Counted from the stretch's first letter, positions 8,154-17,314 are shown. The stretch is DNA of 25,798 nt from Methanomicrobiaceae archaeon (GCA_030628325.1 DAOVRB010000001.1:1-25798), one strand, 5' to 3'. Numbers and translations are program-made. The notes: generated by a model not told the origin, from the letters alone.

Positions 8154-8441
8154 ATGAAAGACATAAGACTTATCCATCTGGAAGAGATGGAGCCTATGGC
8201 TTTCGGTGTCAAGGAGATGGTAGGTACCCTTGTGGCAGGAGGAATCCTGTTCATGATTGGTATGTACGCTTACGTCAAGGTCGGAGCGACCATTGACCAG
8301 AGCAACTTCACGGCAGCCGAAAACGCTACCTTTGCGAACATAAAGACAAACATAACCGCAGGTTTCGACCTTGGTTCTGTCATCTTTATCGTTATCGCAG
8401 CTGGTACGATCATAGGAGTTATCTGGATGGCATTCAGGTAA
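8154..8441 (+). CDS. Putative major capsid protein, spindle-shaped virus type
   Basis: 95 aa; two hydrophobic helices flanking a polar loop with sequons NFT, NAT, NIT; stand-alone gene with its own promoter and terminator. Confidence 0.75.
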   Translation: MKDIRLIHLEEMEPMAFGVKEMVGTLVAGGILFMIGMYAYVKVGATIDQSNFTAAENATFANIKTNITAGFDLGSVIFIVIAAGTIIGVIWMAFR

Positions 8442-8488
8442 GGGCGACCTTGCAGAATGCAATCAAGACTGGTCTGGCCAGACGGTCA

Positions 8489-8516
8489 GGGCTTGTCAGA
8501 AAGCCCATGCTTTTTC
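8489..8516 (+). terminator. Hairpin plus T-run after the capsid gene
   Basis: GGGCTT-gtcaga-AAGCCC followed by atgcTTTTTc. Confidence 0.55.
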
Positions 8517-8534
8517 TCAACCGTAATTTATATA
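8514..8534 (+). promoter_or_regulatory. Orphan promoter-like element
   Basis: TTCTCAACCGTA-a-TTTATATA; the first 12 bp are identical to 8847-8858 and the TATA offset is the same. Confidence 0.5.
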
Positions 8535-8615
8535 TGAGGGAGCATTCATAACAATCACTCTTTTTCCCCTGAACCCATACCTGACGCCTTCTTATCCTGG
8601 TATGGGCAAGGGCTT

Positions 8616-8807
8616 TTACATCATCCTTCTCACGACCAACACAGCCAGACAACAGAAGCAACCCACACCAGCAGCGACCATAGAATACAGCACGGCATAC
8701 ACCTGCCAGGGTACTGCATCCATCCCTTTAACAATGAAGAACCCAGCATACACACCGACTGCCAGGACAGAAGAACAGCTAAGAAGTGTCAGGATATCAT
8801 TCGCCAT
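8616..8807 (-). CDS. Small two-TM membrane protein (63 aa)
   Basis: Two hydrophobic helices; minus-strand TTTATATAAAA about 22 nt upstream of the ATG. Confidence 0.6.
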   Translation of the reverse strand: MANDILTLLSCSSVLAVGVYAGFFIVKGMDAVPWQVYAVLYSMVAAGVGCFCCLAVLVVRRMM

Positions 8808-8828
8808 CTATCAGATGATCTGTCTGGA

Positions 8829-8868
8829 TTTTATATAAACCCTCCCTTCTCAACCGTAGTTTTTATAG
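8829..8868. promoter_or_regulatory. Back-to-back archaeal promoters for 8616..8807 (-) and 8890..12762 (+)
   Basis: ttttatataaa at 8829-8839 (minus TATA); CAACCGTAGTTTTTATAG with TATA ending 22 nt before ATG 8890. Confidence 0.7.
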
Positions 8869-8889
8869 TAGTAATTTCTAAAGATAGGC

Positions 8890-11800
8890 ATGGGCAAACT
8901 AATTCTGGCATCCGGTGAAGTGCAGACAGTCACAAGACCGCCTCCACCACAACCAAAACCTGTCGCATCTGTCCCTGAAAAGAAGGCTGCTGTCCCAGAA
9001 TCCAAGCCTCCTGTCCCAGATCCAAAGCCTCCTGTCCCAGATCCAAAGCCTCCTGTCCCAGATCCAAAGCCTCCTGTCCCAGATCCAAAGCCTCCTGTCC
9101 CAGATCCAAGGACCTCTTTTGACCTCAAGGAGTGGAAAGACAAAGGCTACACTGAGACAAAGCAGGGCAACAGCATAGTCATGACCGCACCCAAGAAAGA
9201 GTATGCTCCATCTGTGTGTACCCAGGGCAAATGGAGCAACAAGAATAAGTATTACAGGAGAGGGATAGCTGCAGGTTACACTAAAAAGGACTTCTGGAAG
9301 TATGGTGGCCTCATATCTTCTACAGCCAAGTACACACCGCATCAGGTAATGATAGACTCATCCGGCAGGATAACTGAGAGACACTTCCAGACCATAGTGT
9401 ATGATTCAAGTTCCAGAGAGAGGAACTACCGTGTGGTCGAGATCAAGCAAGGACAGGAAGTGATAAGCCTGGGCAAGCATGGCAGGCAGAAGGTCGTCAC
9501 GGCGAAAATTGCGACACGCATGTATGCTGCAAGGGATGCGAAACAGTCAGCAGCCATAAGGCAGAAGCTTGTCAGTGAAGGAAAGAGGGATCCTTACCCC
9601 ACTGCGTATTACGTCACGACATACAAAGGCAAGACCTACAAGCATAAGGATGCTGACTGGAAGGTTCCTGAATACAGGAAGGACCTGGCAGAATATAATA
9701 AGGCTGTTGGGATAAGCGCTGCAAAGGTAATCAAGAAAAGCCCTGGAGGGATTGTCGAGAAGGAAGTCACGCTGACTCCACGCCCAGGCATCAGCGGCAT
9801 GCATCCAATACAGCCAAAGATACAGATGAAAGTCCCTATTGATCCTAAGAAAGAGGCAGAGCCGGACTTGTTCATGTCCACCTTGAAGTCACAGGCGAAC
9901 CCATTAAAGACTCCTACTGCATCAACAGCATTGAAGCTGTATGAGGCAGAGACAAAGGCTGAGACTTTTTTAGGGGAGAAGTCTGGAGTTAGTCCCTGGC
10001 TTAAGGAAACTTCTGAATCACAACTCAAAAAAGGAGATACAACAGTTAACTCATTTTCCAAGGCTCTTAAAGAATTTTCTCAAGGCTCTAAACCTGTCCC
10101 TGATTCCATGATAGATAAAATACATAGCAGGGATTCCGATAAGGTAAGCAACCATATCTTCACTCATACAGGTAAGGGAGTGGAGAAGGTTAAAAAATCT
10201 TTCGTTCTTGCAGGTCTTGGAGCAAAGGTAGGTACTTATTATTTAACTGGGGGTTTAACAAATGCAGCGCATAGCATGTCCAAATACCCTTTAAGGTCAG
10301 CTGTAGTATATCGGGGAGCCGGAAAAGCAATGGGACTCATAGGCAAGGGGACTGTAGCTGCATCACATTGGGCTTACCCTTCTATGAGGCTCACGACTCA
10401 GGCAGCAATAGCAAAGGGAGTTCCCACAGCATTAGTAGCTGGGGGCATAGGATTACATTCATGGGCGCAGCCCACAACCCACGGAAAAGTAAAGACTGCC
10501 CTGGGTGACATAGGTGGCTTGATGGCAATCTACGGCGCAAGGAAAGCCATAGGTGGCGCAAAGACAGGCTACCGCCTCCTAACAAAAGACTACTACCGCA
10601 TGCACGAACTCGACCCCACAAGATCATACGGCTTCGCAAAGAGAGAGAGCATCATATCCCACAAGACCCCACCCAGATTGAAACCCACATTCGAGTCCAC
10701 CCTAAAGAAGACCAACTTCATAGGCAAACTACCGAAAGACATCAAGGTCCAGACCTACACCAAAGAAGACATATTCGTGAAACAGTTCCTCAAAGAACGT
10801 GGCGCAGTATTGAGAGGCGGCCGTAACTTCTACAGCCAACTGCAAGGCTCCCATTCCACAAAAGGAAAGGATTGGGACGTAGGCATGTTTGATAATAAGC
10901 GCCAAGCCCAGGAACTCGCAAGACAACTGAACATACACTTCAAGACATCTGATTACAAAGCCCAGACCAAGCGCCTCGCAACGACTGTAAAGGCAGGCAG
11001 CAGAGACGTGGCAGACATTGTCCCACTCAAGAAAGCAGAACTCAAAGACACCATCTTCACAGGCGAGGGCATGAGATTAGAGTCCTTGAAGAAAGCCACC
11101 TGGAGATACTACACGACCTTCTATGAACCTGCGACAACCACAGGCAGATCTAGGGAAAAGGATCTCTTCAAGTTCATGGACGCCTTGAAGCATACGCAGC
11201 ATGGCATCAAGGAAGATCCTTTCTATTATGAAGATGTCGCATGGCACGCCGGAGAATCATTACCTCATATAAAGAAAGGCACATTCAAAGCTAAACAGAT
11301 GACACCAAGCGCTTATGAGACCAGGACAGGACAGGCAGGAAAGAAAATAACATTCTTTGGGCAGGATGAGTTTATCCATTCATTCAAGAAAAGCGGTCAG
11401 GATGCAATACGCCTGTCCGGCAAAGACATACCTTTCATGCGCAGACAACAGCTTCCAAAACAATTTCATCATCCTGTCAAGGGGAAAATAGCAGGTGACA
11501 TACAGTCCAAAGCTTATCTGAGATGGGCTGAGAAAAACCCAGGCAAGATCATTCCTTCCCCTCAAACAATTACAGGACGCACATGGAAGGGAGCATCAAC
11601 CCTTAACGTAGAGAAGGAATGGATCATGATGGGAGATATACCTAAGCTGAAATACTCCGGCTGGGGTTATGACTATTGGGACAAGAAGCCAGTCAGGATA
11701 ATTACACAAGGCAGCAGATCAACACCAGCAGCACAGAAGCTGAAAACCAATGTACCCAAGTTCCTCAAGGACATATCCTCACAGAAATCACTCTCCAAAG

Positions 11801-12762
11801 ATATAGCATTCAGCATCAAAACAACACCCGACAAGAGCCTCTCACCCTTGCAGAAGTCATACTTAGAGAGCAGGCGTAACCTGGATTACCGCAGTTCATT
11901 CCTTCCCATCCTTGCCCAGGGCAGAACCTCCGCCCCTATGGCAAGGACTCAGACTCTGAGCAGAGACATATTCAGAGGCAGCAGCAGACCTTCTGCTCCA
12001 ATGTACAGACAGTCAAGACAGATATTCTCACAGCCCAGAAGGCAACCTATCATAAGAAGCACACAGAGACCTGCGCCAAGACAGTCCAATCCTATGAGGG
12101 AGATATACCAGGACACCAGAAGAGTGCAGCCCAGAGAACCATACAGGGACACAAGAACCCCTGCCAGGGATCCACTGAGAGATATATACAGGACAGTCAC
12201 ACCAAGGGATCCACGCACTCCTCCGAGAGATCCTCCTCCAAGAAGACCTCCACCGCCAAGGGACCCCCCAAGAAGATCCCCACCACAACCAAGGGATCCA
12301 CGCAGACCGATGGATCCAAGAAGACCTACAAGACCCACATATCCCATAAGACCACAATATCCAACCAGACCGCAGCAGCCACAGATCCCTATAATCCCTT
12401 TCGGCACATCATCCTCAAAGCAGCGCACACAACAAGGCTTTGACGTATTCGTCAGAGTCAGAGGCAAGTTTCAGAAGGTCAGCCAGTCCCCTATGTCCAG
12501 AGCGATGGGTATGTCCCTGGGCGCAAGGAAGGTACACACTTCTCCTGCTGCAACATTCACACTGAGGAAGTCCGGCACAGTTATCAGAAAGAGAAAGCAT
12601 GATCCTTTTTTCAGCCAAGTGCAAGGCAGATTCAGGAAGAAAGGCAGCCTCTTCATAGAGAAGAGCAAGCACAGGATCAGCACAAGAGGAGAAAAGGCAG
12701 GTATCACAGCCAAAGGGATAGCTGCATCTAGGAAGAAAAAGAAAAAAAATCTATGGTGGTGA
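8890..12762 (+). CDS. Giant basic multidomain protein (putative virion-internal protein) with NTase-like and ART-like domains
   Basis: 1290 aa; Pro repeats, Gly/Ala hydrophobic segments, GG..DWD motif, H..ExE motif, R/P-rich tail and basic C-terminal domain. Confidence 0.85.
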   Translation: MGKLILASGEVQTVTRPPPPQPKPVASVPEKKAAVPESKPPVPDPKPPVPDPKPPVPDPKPPVPDPKPPVPDPRTSFDLKEWKDKGYTETKQGNSIVMTAPKKEYAPSVCTQGKWSNKNKYYRRGIAAGYTKKDFWKYGGLISSTAKYTPHQVMIDSSGRITERHFQTIVYDSSSRERNYRVVEIKQGQEVISLGKHGRQKVVTAKIATRMYAARDAKQSAAIRQKLVSEGKRDPYPTAYYVTTYKGKTYKHKDADWKVPEYRKDLAEYNKAVGISAAKVIKKSPGGIVEKEVTLTPRPGISGMHPIQPKIQMKVPIDPKKEAEPDLFMSTLKSQANPLKTPTASTALKLYEAETKAETFLGEKSGVSPWLKETSESQLKKGDTTVNSFSKALKEFSQGSKPVPDSMIDKIHSRDSDKVSNHIFTHTGKGVEKVKKSFVLAGLGAKVGTYYLTGGLTNAAHSMSKYPLRSAVVYRGAGKAMGLIGKGTVAASHWAYPSMRLTTQAAIAKGVPTALVAGGIGLHSWAQPTTHGKVKTALGDIGGLMAIYGARKAIGGAKTGYRLLTKDYYRMHELDPTRSYGFAKRESIISHKTPPRLKPTFESTLKKTNFIGKLPKDIKVQTYTKEDIFVKQFLKERGAVLRGGRNFYSQLQGSHSTKGKDWDVGMFDNKRQAQELARQLNIHFKTSDYKAQTKRLATTVKAGSRDVADIVPLKKAELKDTIFTGEGMRLESLKKATWRYYTTFYEPATTTGRSREKDLFKFMDALKHTQHGIKEDPFYYEDVAWHAGESLPHIKKGTFKAKQMTPSAYETRTGQAGKKITFFGQDEFIHSFKKSGQDAIRLSGKDIPFMRRQQLPKQFHHPVKGKIAGDIQSKAYLRWAEKNPGKIIPSPQTITGRTWKGASTLNVEKEWIMMGDIPKLKYSGWGYDYWDKKPVRIITQGSRSTPAAQKLKTNVPKFLKDISSQKSLSKDIAFSIKTTPDKSLSPLQKSYLESRRNLDYRSSFLPILAQGRTSAPMARTQTLSRDIFRGSSRPSAPMYRQSRQIFSQPRRQPIIRSTQRPAPRQSNPMREIYQDTRRVQPREPYRDTRTPARDPLRDIYRTVTPRDPRTPPRDPPPRRPPPPRDPPRRSPPQPRDPRRPMDPRRPTRPTYPIRPQYPTRPQQPQIPIIPFGTSSSKQRTQQGFDVFVRVRGKFQKVSQSPMSRAMGMSLGARKVHTSPAATFTLRKSGTVIRKRKHDPFFSQVQGRFRKKGSLFIEKSKHRISTRGEKAGITAKGIAASRKKKKKNLWW
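8989..9109 (+). repeat. 21-bp tandem repeat CCTGTCCCAGATCCAAAGCCT, about 6 copies (PVPDPKP)
   Basis: Four perfect units at 9010-9093 plus degenerate flanking units. Confidence 0.95.
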
Positions 12763-12766
12763 AACT

Positions 12767-13054
12767 ATGGCAACAATAGACATAACACAATACAGGAGAA
12801 AACTGAAACACCCTCTATTACGGAAATGGACAAAAGGAAAAGGAGAGTGGGAATACATAACTGCTAAGGGGACAAAGAGGAACCTACAGAATGCTACAAA
12901 ACTCAGAGACACAGGAAGAACGCATCATGTAGTTGCATACAGGGGCAAGGAATATCCTCCTGATGAATTCCTGAGACAACATCCCAAGTTCAGACAAAAA
13001 AAACCTATACAAAAAAAGGCTCCTGCTAAAAAGAAAAGACATTGGTGGTCATAA
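12767..13054 (+). CDS. Small basic protein (possible DNA-binding core protein)
   Basis: K/R-rich; GGTGA RBS; ends KKKRHWWS. Confidence 0.75.
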   Translation: MATIDITQYRRKLKHPLLRKWTKGKGEWEYITAKGTKRNLQNATKLRDTGRTHHVVAYRGKEYPPDEFLRQHPKFRQKKPIQKKAPAKKKRHWWS

Positions 13055-13055
13055 G

Positions 13056-13490
13056 ATGGGATTCTTATTCAAATCAAAGAGACAGAAAGAGAAAGAGATG
13101 GACGATAAGCTGACACTCGCCAGAGTCAGAGCAGCAGCAGCGAACCAACAGACAAAGGAACGCCAGGCATTCGATGCAAAGAAAGCAGAACTCTCAAGGC
13201 TACAAGCCCAGGCAAGACAGAACAGCGCTTATGGCAGGATCAGAGCAAAGACCTCTCCTGTCCTGCGCAGGATAGAAGCCAAGGTTGTGGCAGCAGCAAA
13301 GAAGGCTGGCCCGGGTATCATGAGGGGTGCAAGCCGTTTCGGTGAGAACCGCGCACAACAATCCAATGTCTATACTGCTCCAAGGAGAAAGAGCAGCACA
13401 AAGAAAAAAGGGAAAAGAAGACCTGCACAGAAGCGCAGACCACCGCAGAAGCAGAAGTCCTTCAATCCCTGGTCAGGGAGGATGGAATGA
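13056..13490 (+). CDS. Basic helical protein
   Basis: K/R/A/Q-rich; GGTGG RBS; tightly coupled. Confidence 0.75.
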   Translation: MGFLFKSKRQKEKEMDDKLTLARVRAAAANQQTKERQAFDAKKAELSRLQAQARQNSAYGRIRAKTSPVLRRIEAKVVAAAKKAGPGIMRGASRFGENRAQQSNVYTAPRRKSSTKKKGKRRPAQKRRPPQKQKSFNPWSGRME

Positions 13491-13763
13491 ATGAGAGGCA
13501 AGAGAGCGCAGAACAGTGGCCCTATAGTATGGATAGTTGCCATGATGCTCATTTTCACAGTAGGGATAATCTATGTCACTATGACAGTAGGATGGGACGC
13601 AGTGTATGACCAGTTCATGCCCGGACTTCCTGCAGAATACCAAGGGACAGCGACACGCATGCAGACCATGTGGAAGCTATGGCCTATAGCTGTGACAATG
13701 GGGATACTCCTCTGGGCGTTCATCATGCAGACCAGGAACAACCCAGGCGGAAACGGTTACTGA
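13491..13763 (+). CDS. Two-helix hydrophobic protein, possible minor capsid protein, with a class III-like signal
   Basis: MRGKRA/QNSG then a hydrophobic helix, loop and second helix. Confidence 0.75.
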   Translation: MRGKRAQNSGPIVWIVAMMLIFTVGIIYVTMTVGWDAVYDQFMPGLPAEYQGTATRMQTMWKLWPIAVTMGILLWAFIMQTRNNPGGNGY

Positions 13764-16700
13764 TGATGAGAGACCTGAGACTGATCTGGATTTTTGTATC
13801 TATACTTCTTCTGAGCAGTGCAGCCTCTGCCTATGAGATCATAGGTGACTCAGTCTTCTACGACAGCCAGTATGCTAACTTAACCGTGACCCCTCACACA
13901 GTCATCAACCCCAGCAGGAACCATCAGGAATTCAATATCTGCGCAAAGGCAAGCCCCGGCGCTCTTTGCATAGCATACGTTTTCGACAACGCCCTGCAGG
14001 AAGGCACAGCAGAATACTGGACAGCCTACGACCACCCATATACATACTGCTACACAGACACAGACTGCACAACTAAATACAGCAATTATAAGGACTGGAT
14101 GAATGTGAACTCAGCCTTCTCAACAGTCTCATACCAAAACAAGCAGATCTACTACACAACATCGCCTTTAAACTTCCAGGCCCATGAATGCCAGACCTGG
14201 CGCATCCAATACAAGCCCCAGGAAGATGAAGGCAAATGGAACCTCTGGACATGGAACAGCCAGACCGGGGACTGCGCAGCGGATTACCTCAATGGGAACT
14301 ACAACTTCTTCTATGATATGGATCCATGGTGGTCGACCTCGGACAATAATGTTACACAGGGGCATACATATCTCAGCAACGACCATTTTTCTGATAACTT
14401 TGAGAGTTATGACTTGACACCTGTGTTTCACTTAGATACAATAGAATTCCAAGGTTATACATCATCTATCTCAACTAGCACAAATAGAATGGAAGGAACA
14501 CACAGTAACAGATGTTATAATCCTATTAGGTACTATAGTAGATGTCAGAACACCACTATTAATAAGGAGATAACTTCAGATAGGTTAGTAATATGGTATA
14601 AAGGAAATAATGCATCAGCAGAACATCTTATCGCAATAATAACTACCTCTGGTACTATATCAGCTCGTAGAAGCAACATAAAATGGGAGAAAATTGAATT
14701 TGATTTATCCACAAAAATAGGAGAATACATAACAACTATCAAAATCTATCCTGATCCAGATTTTGTTAATTGTAGCAAAGAAGTACTCTTTGATAATATC
14801 TATTTTTATAATACTTCTAATTACTTTAATGTAAATAGATGGTTAAACAAGACAGGAGAGATTGAACTCCAGAAAGCAAACAACCTTTATGGTCATAACA
14901 CCACTATAATTAAATCCGTAAGTGATACACATAATCATATGTATTATTACCTCAATACTACTCCTTTTAAAGATGTTGAAATAATTGCTAAATCTAAAAA
15001 TTCGGTAGCAAATAGTTTTTCAGGAATAATATTATCTAACGATACTAATACTAATTCTTATCCTACACTAAGTGGTTATAGGTATATTTTCAAGTCTGCT
15101 GCAAATACAGATTCATATTTAAGAAGGTCTATCAGTGGTACACTTACAGAATTAAGTACATCGGACACAGATGCTTTCTCTATTAATACCTGGTATTGGG
15201 TAAAGTTAGTCAGATATGGAAGCAATGGGACAATCAATGCTTATACTTCAGAAGATGGCTCAACATGGACACTACGTGAAAATGCTGTAGACACAACATT
15301 TAGTAATTATTATATTGGATTTTTCTTTGAGCTGAAAAATAATATATATGACAATATCCTAGTCCGGGAAATCATCCCCAACACTTACTACTCTCCCCAC
15401 AACATAACCCCCAGCTTCATCTATGACGACTCAGAAGAGGACACCTGGACAGACGCAGTAATCGAATGGCAGAAATCCAACAACAAAGACCTCTCCTCCT
15501 ACTCCACAATCCACACAGACACCTACCCCAACCCATCAGACCAGACCGACTTCACAAGAGAACTATCAGGCGGCATCTGGCGAGCGAATGTATCTGTCTG
15601 TGACGCATCAGCATGTGTCAGCAACTACACCCAGACAATCACCATATACAACGACAGCACAACAGTAACCGCAACAGACGCAGTCTCAACAACCATAATA
15701 CAATCATTCAGCGCCCACAACAACCAGACCGGAGAGACCTTCACCACAACCACAAGCCCCCTCATACTATACTCAATAGACGACACCCAGATAGAATACT
15801 CAAGCAATGGCTACGAAAACAAGAACCAAACTCCAACAGACGTAATCCTCAACCCCTGGGTGAACTTCACACTATTAAAAGAGACAGACAACACAGCCTT
15901 CAACGTCTCAGAGACCCCATCCACAAAGATGCACATCTACTGCACCAATGATACTATAGAGCACACATTCACAGACAACTCAGAGACCATAGCAGTATCC
16001 TGTCCCTGGGAACTAATCAAGATAGATGCAGTCTATAACACAAGTTCATACTACAGGACTCTTATCCCTGCGAGAACAGACAGGGACATCAACTTCTACA
16101 TGCTGAACCTGCTGGACGACATCTCATTGCAGATCATACTCATACTGAACGATCTCACAGGCGAGTTCTCAGAAGGTTCAGCGATCATCAGGAAATACAT
16201 AGGAGGCGAGACCAGGGACATAATAGAGCAGGAGTTCGATGTAGAGGACAAAGTGGTCTTATACCTGCTCCAGAACGCCATCTATACCCTTGTGATGAAG
16301 ACATCTGCCGGAGAGGAGAGAAACCTGGGCAATTTCATAGCAGATATCGCAGAAGAGAAGACAATAACGACACCACCGATAGAGTTCTATCCTACAGCGA
16401 CACTACACACAGTCATAAGCTGGCAGTGGTCATTCAACATAAGCCCATTGAAGCTGCAATACAATGACACATCGACCACAGACACAATAACATTCACGGT
16501 CTGGAACGCAAGCAACACCAGTCACGTTCTATACACCACAACAAGCACAGACGTAAGCTTCATCACATTCTCATACCCGACTGCCGCCAATGTGTCATAC
16601 ATAGCCTGCTTCAACGCAATGACATCAGAGGGAGAGGTATACGATTGTAGGGGATACTGGCAGGAATCAAGTGTCACAGAATGGTCAGGATTTGATGCAG

Positions 16701-16933
16701 AGACTCAGAAGAACTGGAAGATGGGCATAAGTGTGTTCTTTTTGGTGTTCATATTTTTTATATTCGGATCAGGACATCAGACAATCTGCCTGGCCATGAT
16801 CTCCCTGTTCATGTGGGTGTTCATAAATTGGAGATGGCTGGACTTCGGCTCTGCATACACCAACTATGCCATACTATCAATATCTGTAGTCATAACCATA
16901 CTGACCTTTTACATGGAGGGTGATAGACAGTGA
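13763..16933 (+). CDS. Large surface adhesin or spike-like glycoprotein (1056 aa)
   Basis: Signal peptide (..SSAASA/YE), beta-rich S/T/N/Y ectodomain, about 25 sequons by hand count, three C-terminal TMs; start revised from 13670. Confidence 0.85.
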   Translation: MMRDLRLIWIFVSILLLSSAASAYEIIGDSVFYDSQYANLTVTPHTVINPSRNHQEFNICAKASPGALCIAYVFDNALQEGTAEYWTAYDHPYTYCYTDTDCTTKYSNYKDWMNVNSAFSTVSYQNKQIYYTTSPLNFQAHECQTWRIQYKPQEDEGKWNLWTWNSQTGDCAADYLNGNYNFFYDMDPWWSTSDNNVTQGHTYLSNDHFSDNFESYDLTPVFHLDTIEFQGYTSSISTSTNRMEGTHSNRCYNPIRYYSRCQNTTINKEITSDRLVIWYKGNNASAEHLIAIITTSGTISARRSNIKWEKIEFDLSTKIGEYITTIKIYPDPDFVNCSKEVLFDNIYFYNTSNYFNVNRWLNKTGEIELQKANNLYGHNTTIIKSVSDTHNHMYYYLNTTPFKDVEIIAKSKNSVANSFSGIILSNDTNTNSYPTLSGYRYIFKSAANTDSYLRRSISGTLTELSTSDTDAFSINTWYWVKLVRYGSNGTINAYTSEDGSTWTLRENAVDTTFSNYYIGFFFELKNNIYDNILVREIIPNTYYSPHNITPSFIYDDSEEDTWTDAVIEWQKSNNKDLSSYSTIHTDTYPNPSDQTDFTRELSGGIWRANVSVCDASACVSNYTQTITIYNDSTTVTATDAVSTTIIQSFSAHNNQTGETFTTTTSPLILYSIDDTQIEYSSNGYENKNQTPTDVILNPWVNFTLLKETDNTAFNVSETPSTKMHIYCTNDTIEHTFTDNSETIAVSCPWELIKIDAVYNTSSYYRTLIPARTDRDINFYMLNLLDDISLQIILILNDLTGEFSEGSAIIRKYIGGETRDIIEQEFDVEDKVVLYLLQNAIYTLVMKTSAGEERNLGNFIADIAEEKTITTPPIEFYPTATLHTVISWQWSFNISPLKLQYNDTSTTDTITFTVWNASNTSHVLYTTTSTDVSFITFSYPTAANVSYIACFNAMTSEGEVYDCRGYWQESSVTEWSGFDAETQKNWKMGISVFFLVFIFFIFGSGHQTICLAMISLFMWVFINWRWLDFGSAYTNYAILSISVVITILTFYMEGDRQ

Positions 16934-17313
16934 AATTCTACAGCTTGGCACTTTTCCTTTTCCTGCTGCATGTCAGCATGGCGATAGTCAATGCCACAGC
17001 GATATTTCCCACATCTCAGCAGCCTATGACAGAATGGTTCGACAAGGTCAATGATGACCAGCTATCAGACGAGGAATACATGCAAAGTTCTGTCTCAAGC
17101 ACATCAGTATGGGGATCTATCGCAGATTTCGTGAAAGGATTCTTCTACTTCATACTCGCTCTGGGCATAGGGATCATTGCAGTGCCATACACTCTCAGCA
17201 TATTTGGGATAGTGGCTCCATTCATCTACTATTTCAGCCTGCCCTTTTACCTGATCTACATAATAGCGATAGCCCAACTCATAGCGAACAGGGCAACAAA
17301 GAACTACGCATAA
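16930..17313 (+). CDS. Membrane structural protein
   Basis: N-terminal signal or TM, NAT sequon, two further TMs; GTGA overlap. Confidence 0.75.
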   Translation: MKFYSLALFLFLLHVSMAIVNATAIFPTSQQPMTEWFDKVNDDQLSDEEYMQSSVSSTSVWGSIADFVKGFFYFILALGIGIIAVPYTLSIFGIVAPFIYYFSLPFYLIYIIAIAQLIANRATKNYA

Positions 17314-17314
17314 A

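Noticed and set aside
8154-8441. Host-type pilin
   Set aside because: Acidic leader, two hydrophobic helices and a stand-alone late promoter fit a spindle-virus capsid protein better
8850-9143. Minus-strand (GGFGSGT)n glycine-rich ORF and other alternative frames over the repeat
   Set aside because: Antisense shadows of the PVPDPKP repeat in the 1290-aa gene
13670-13762. Extended N-terminus of the adhesin in the ORF track
   Set aside because: Overlaps the upstream gene; the signal peptide begins at ATG 13763, which is coupled to the upstream stop
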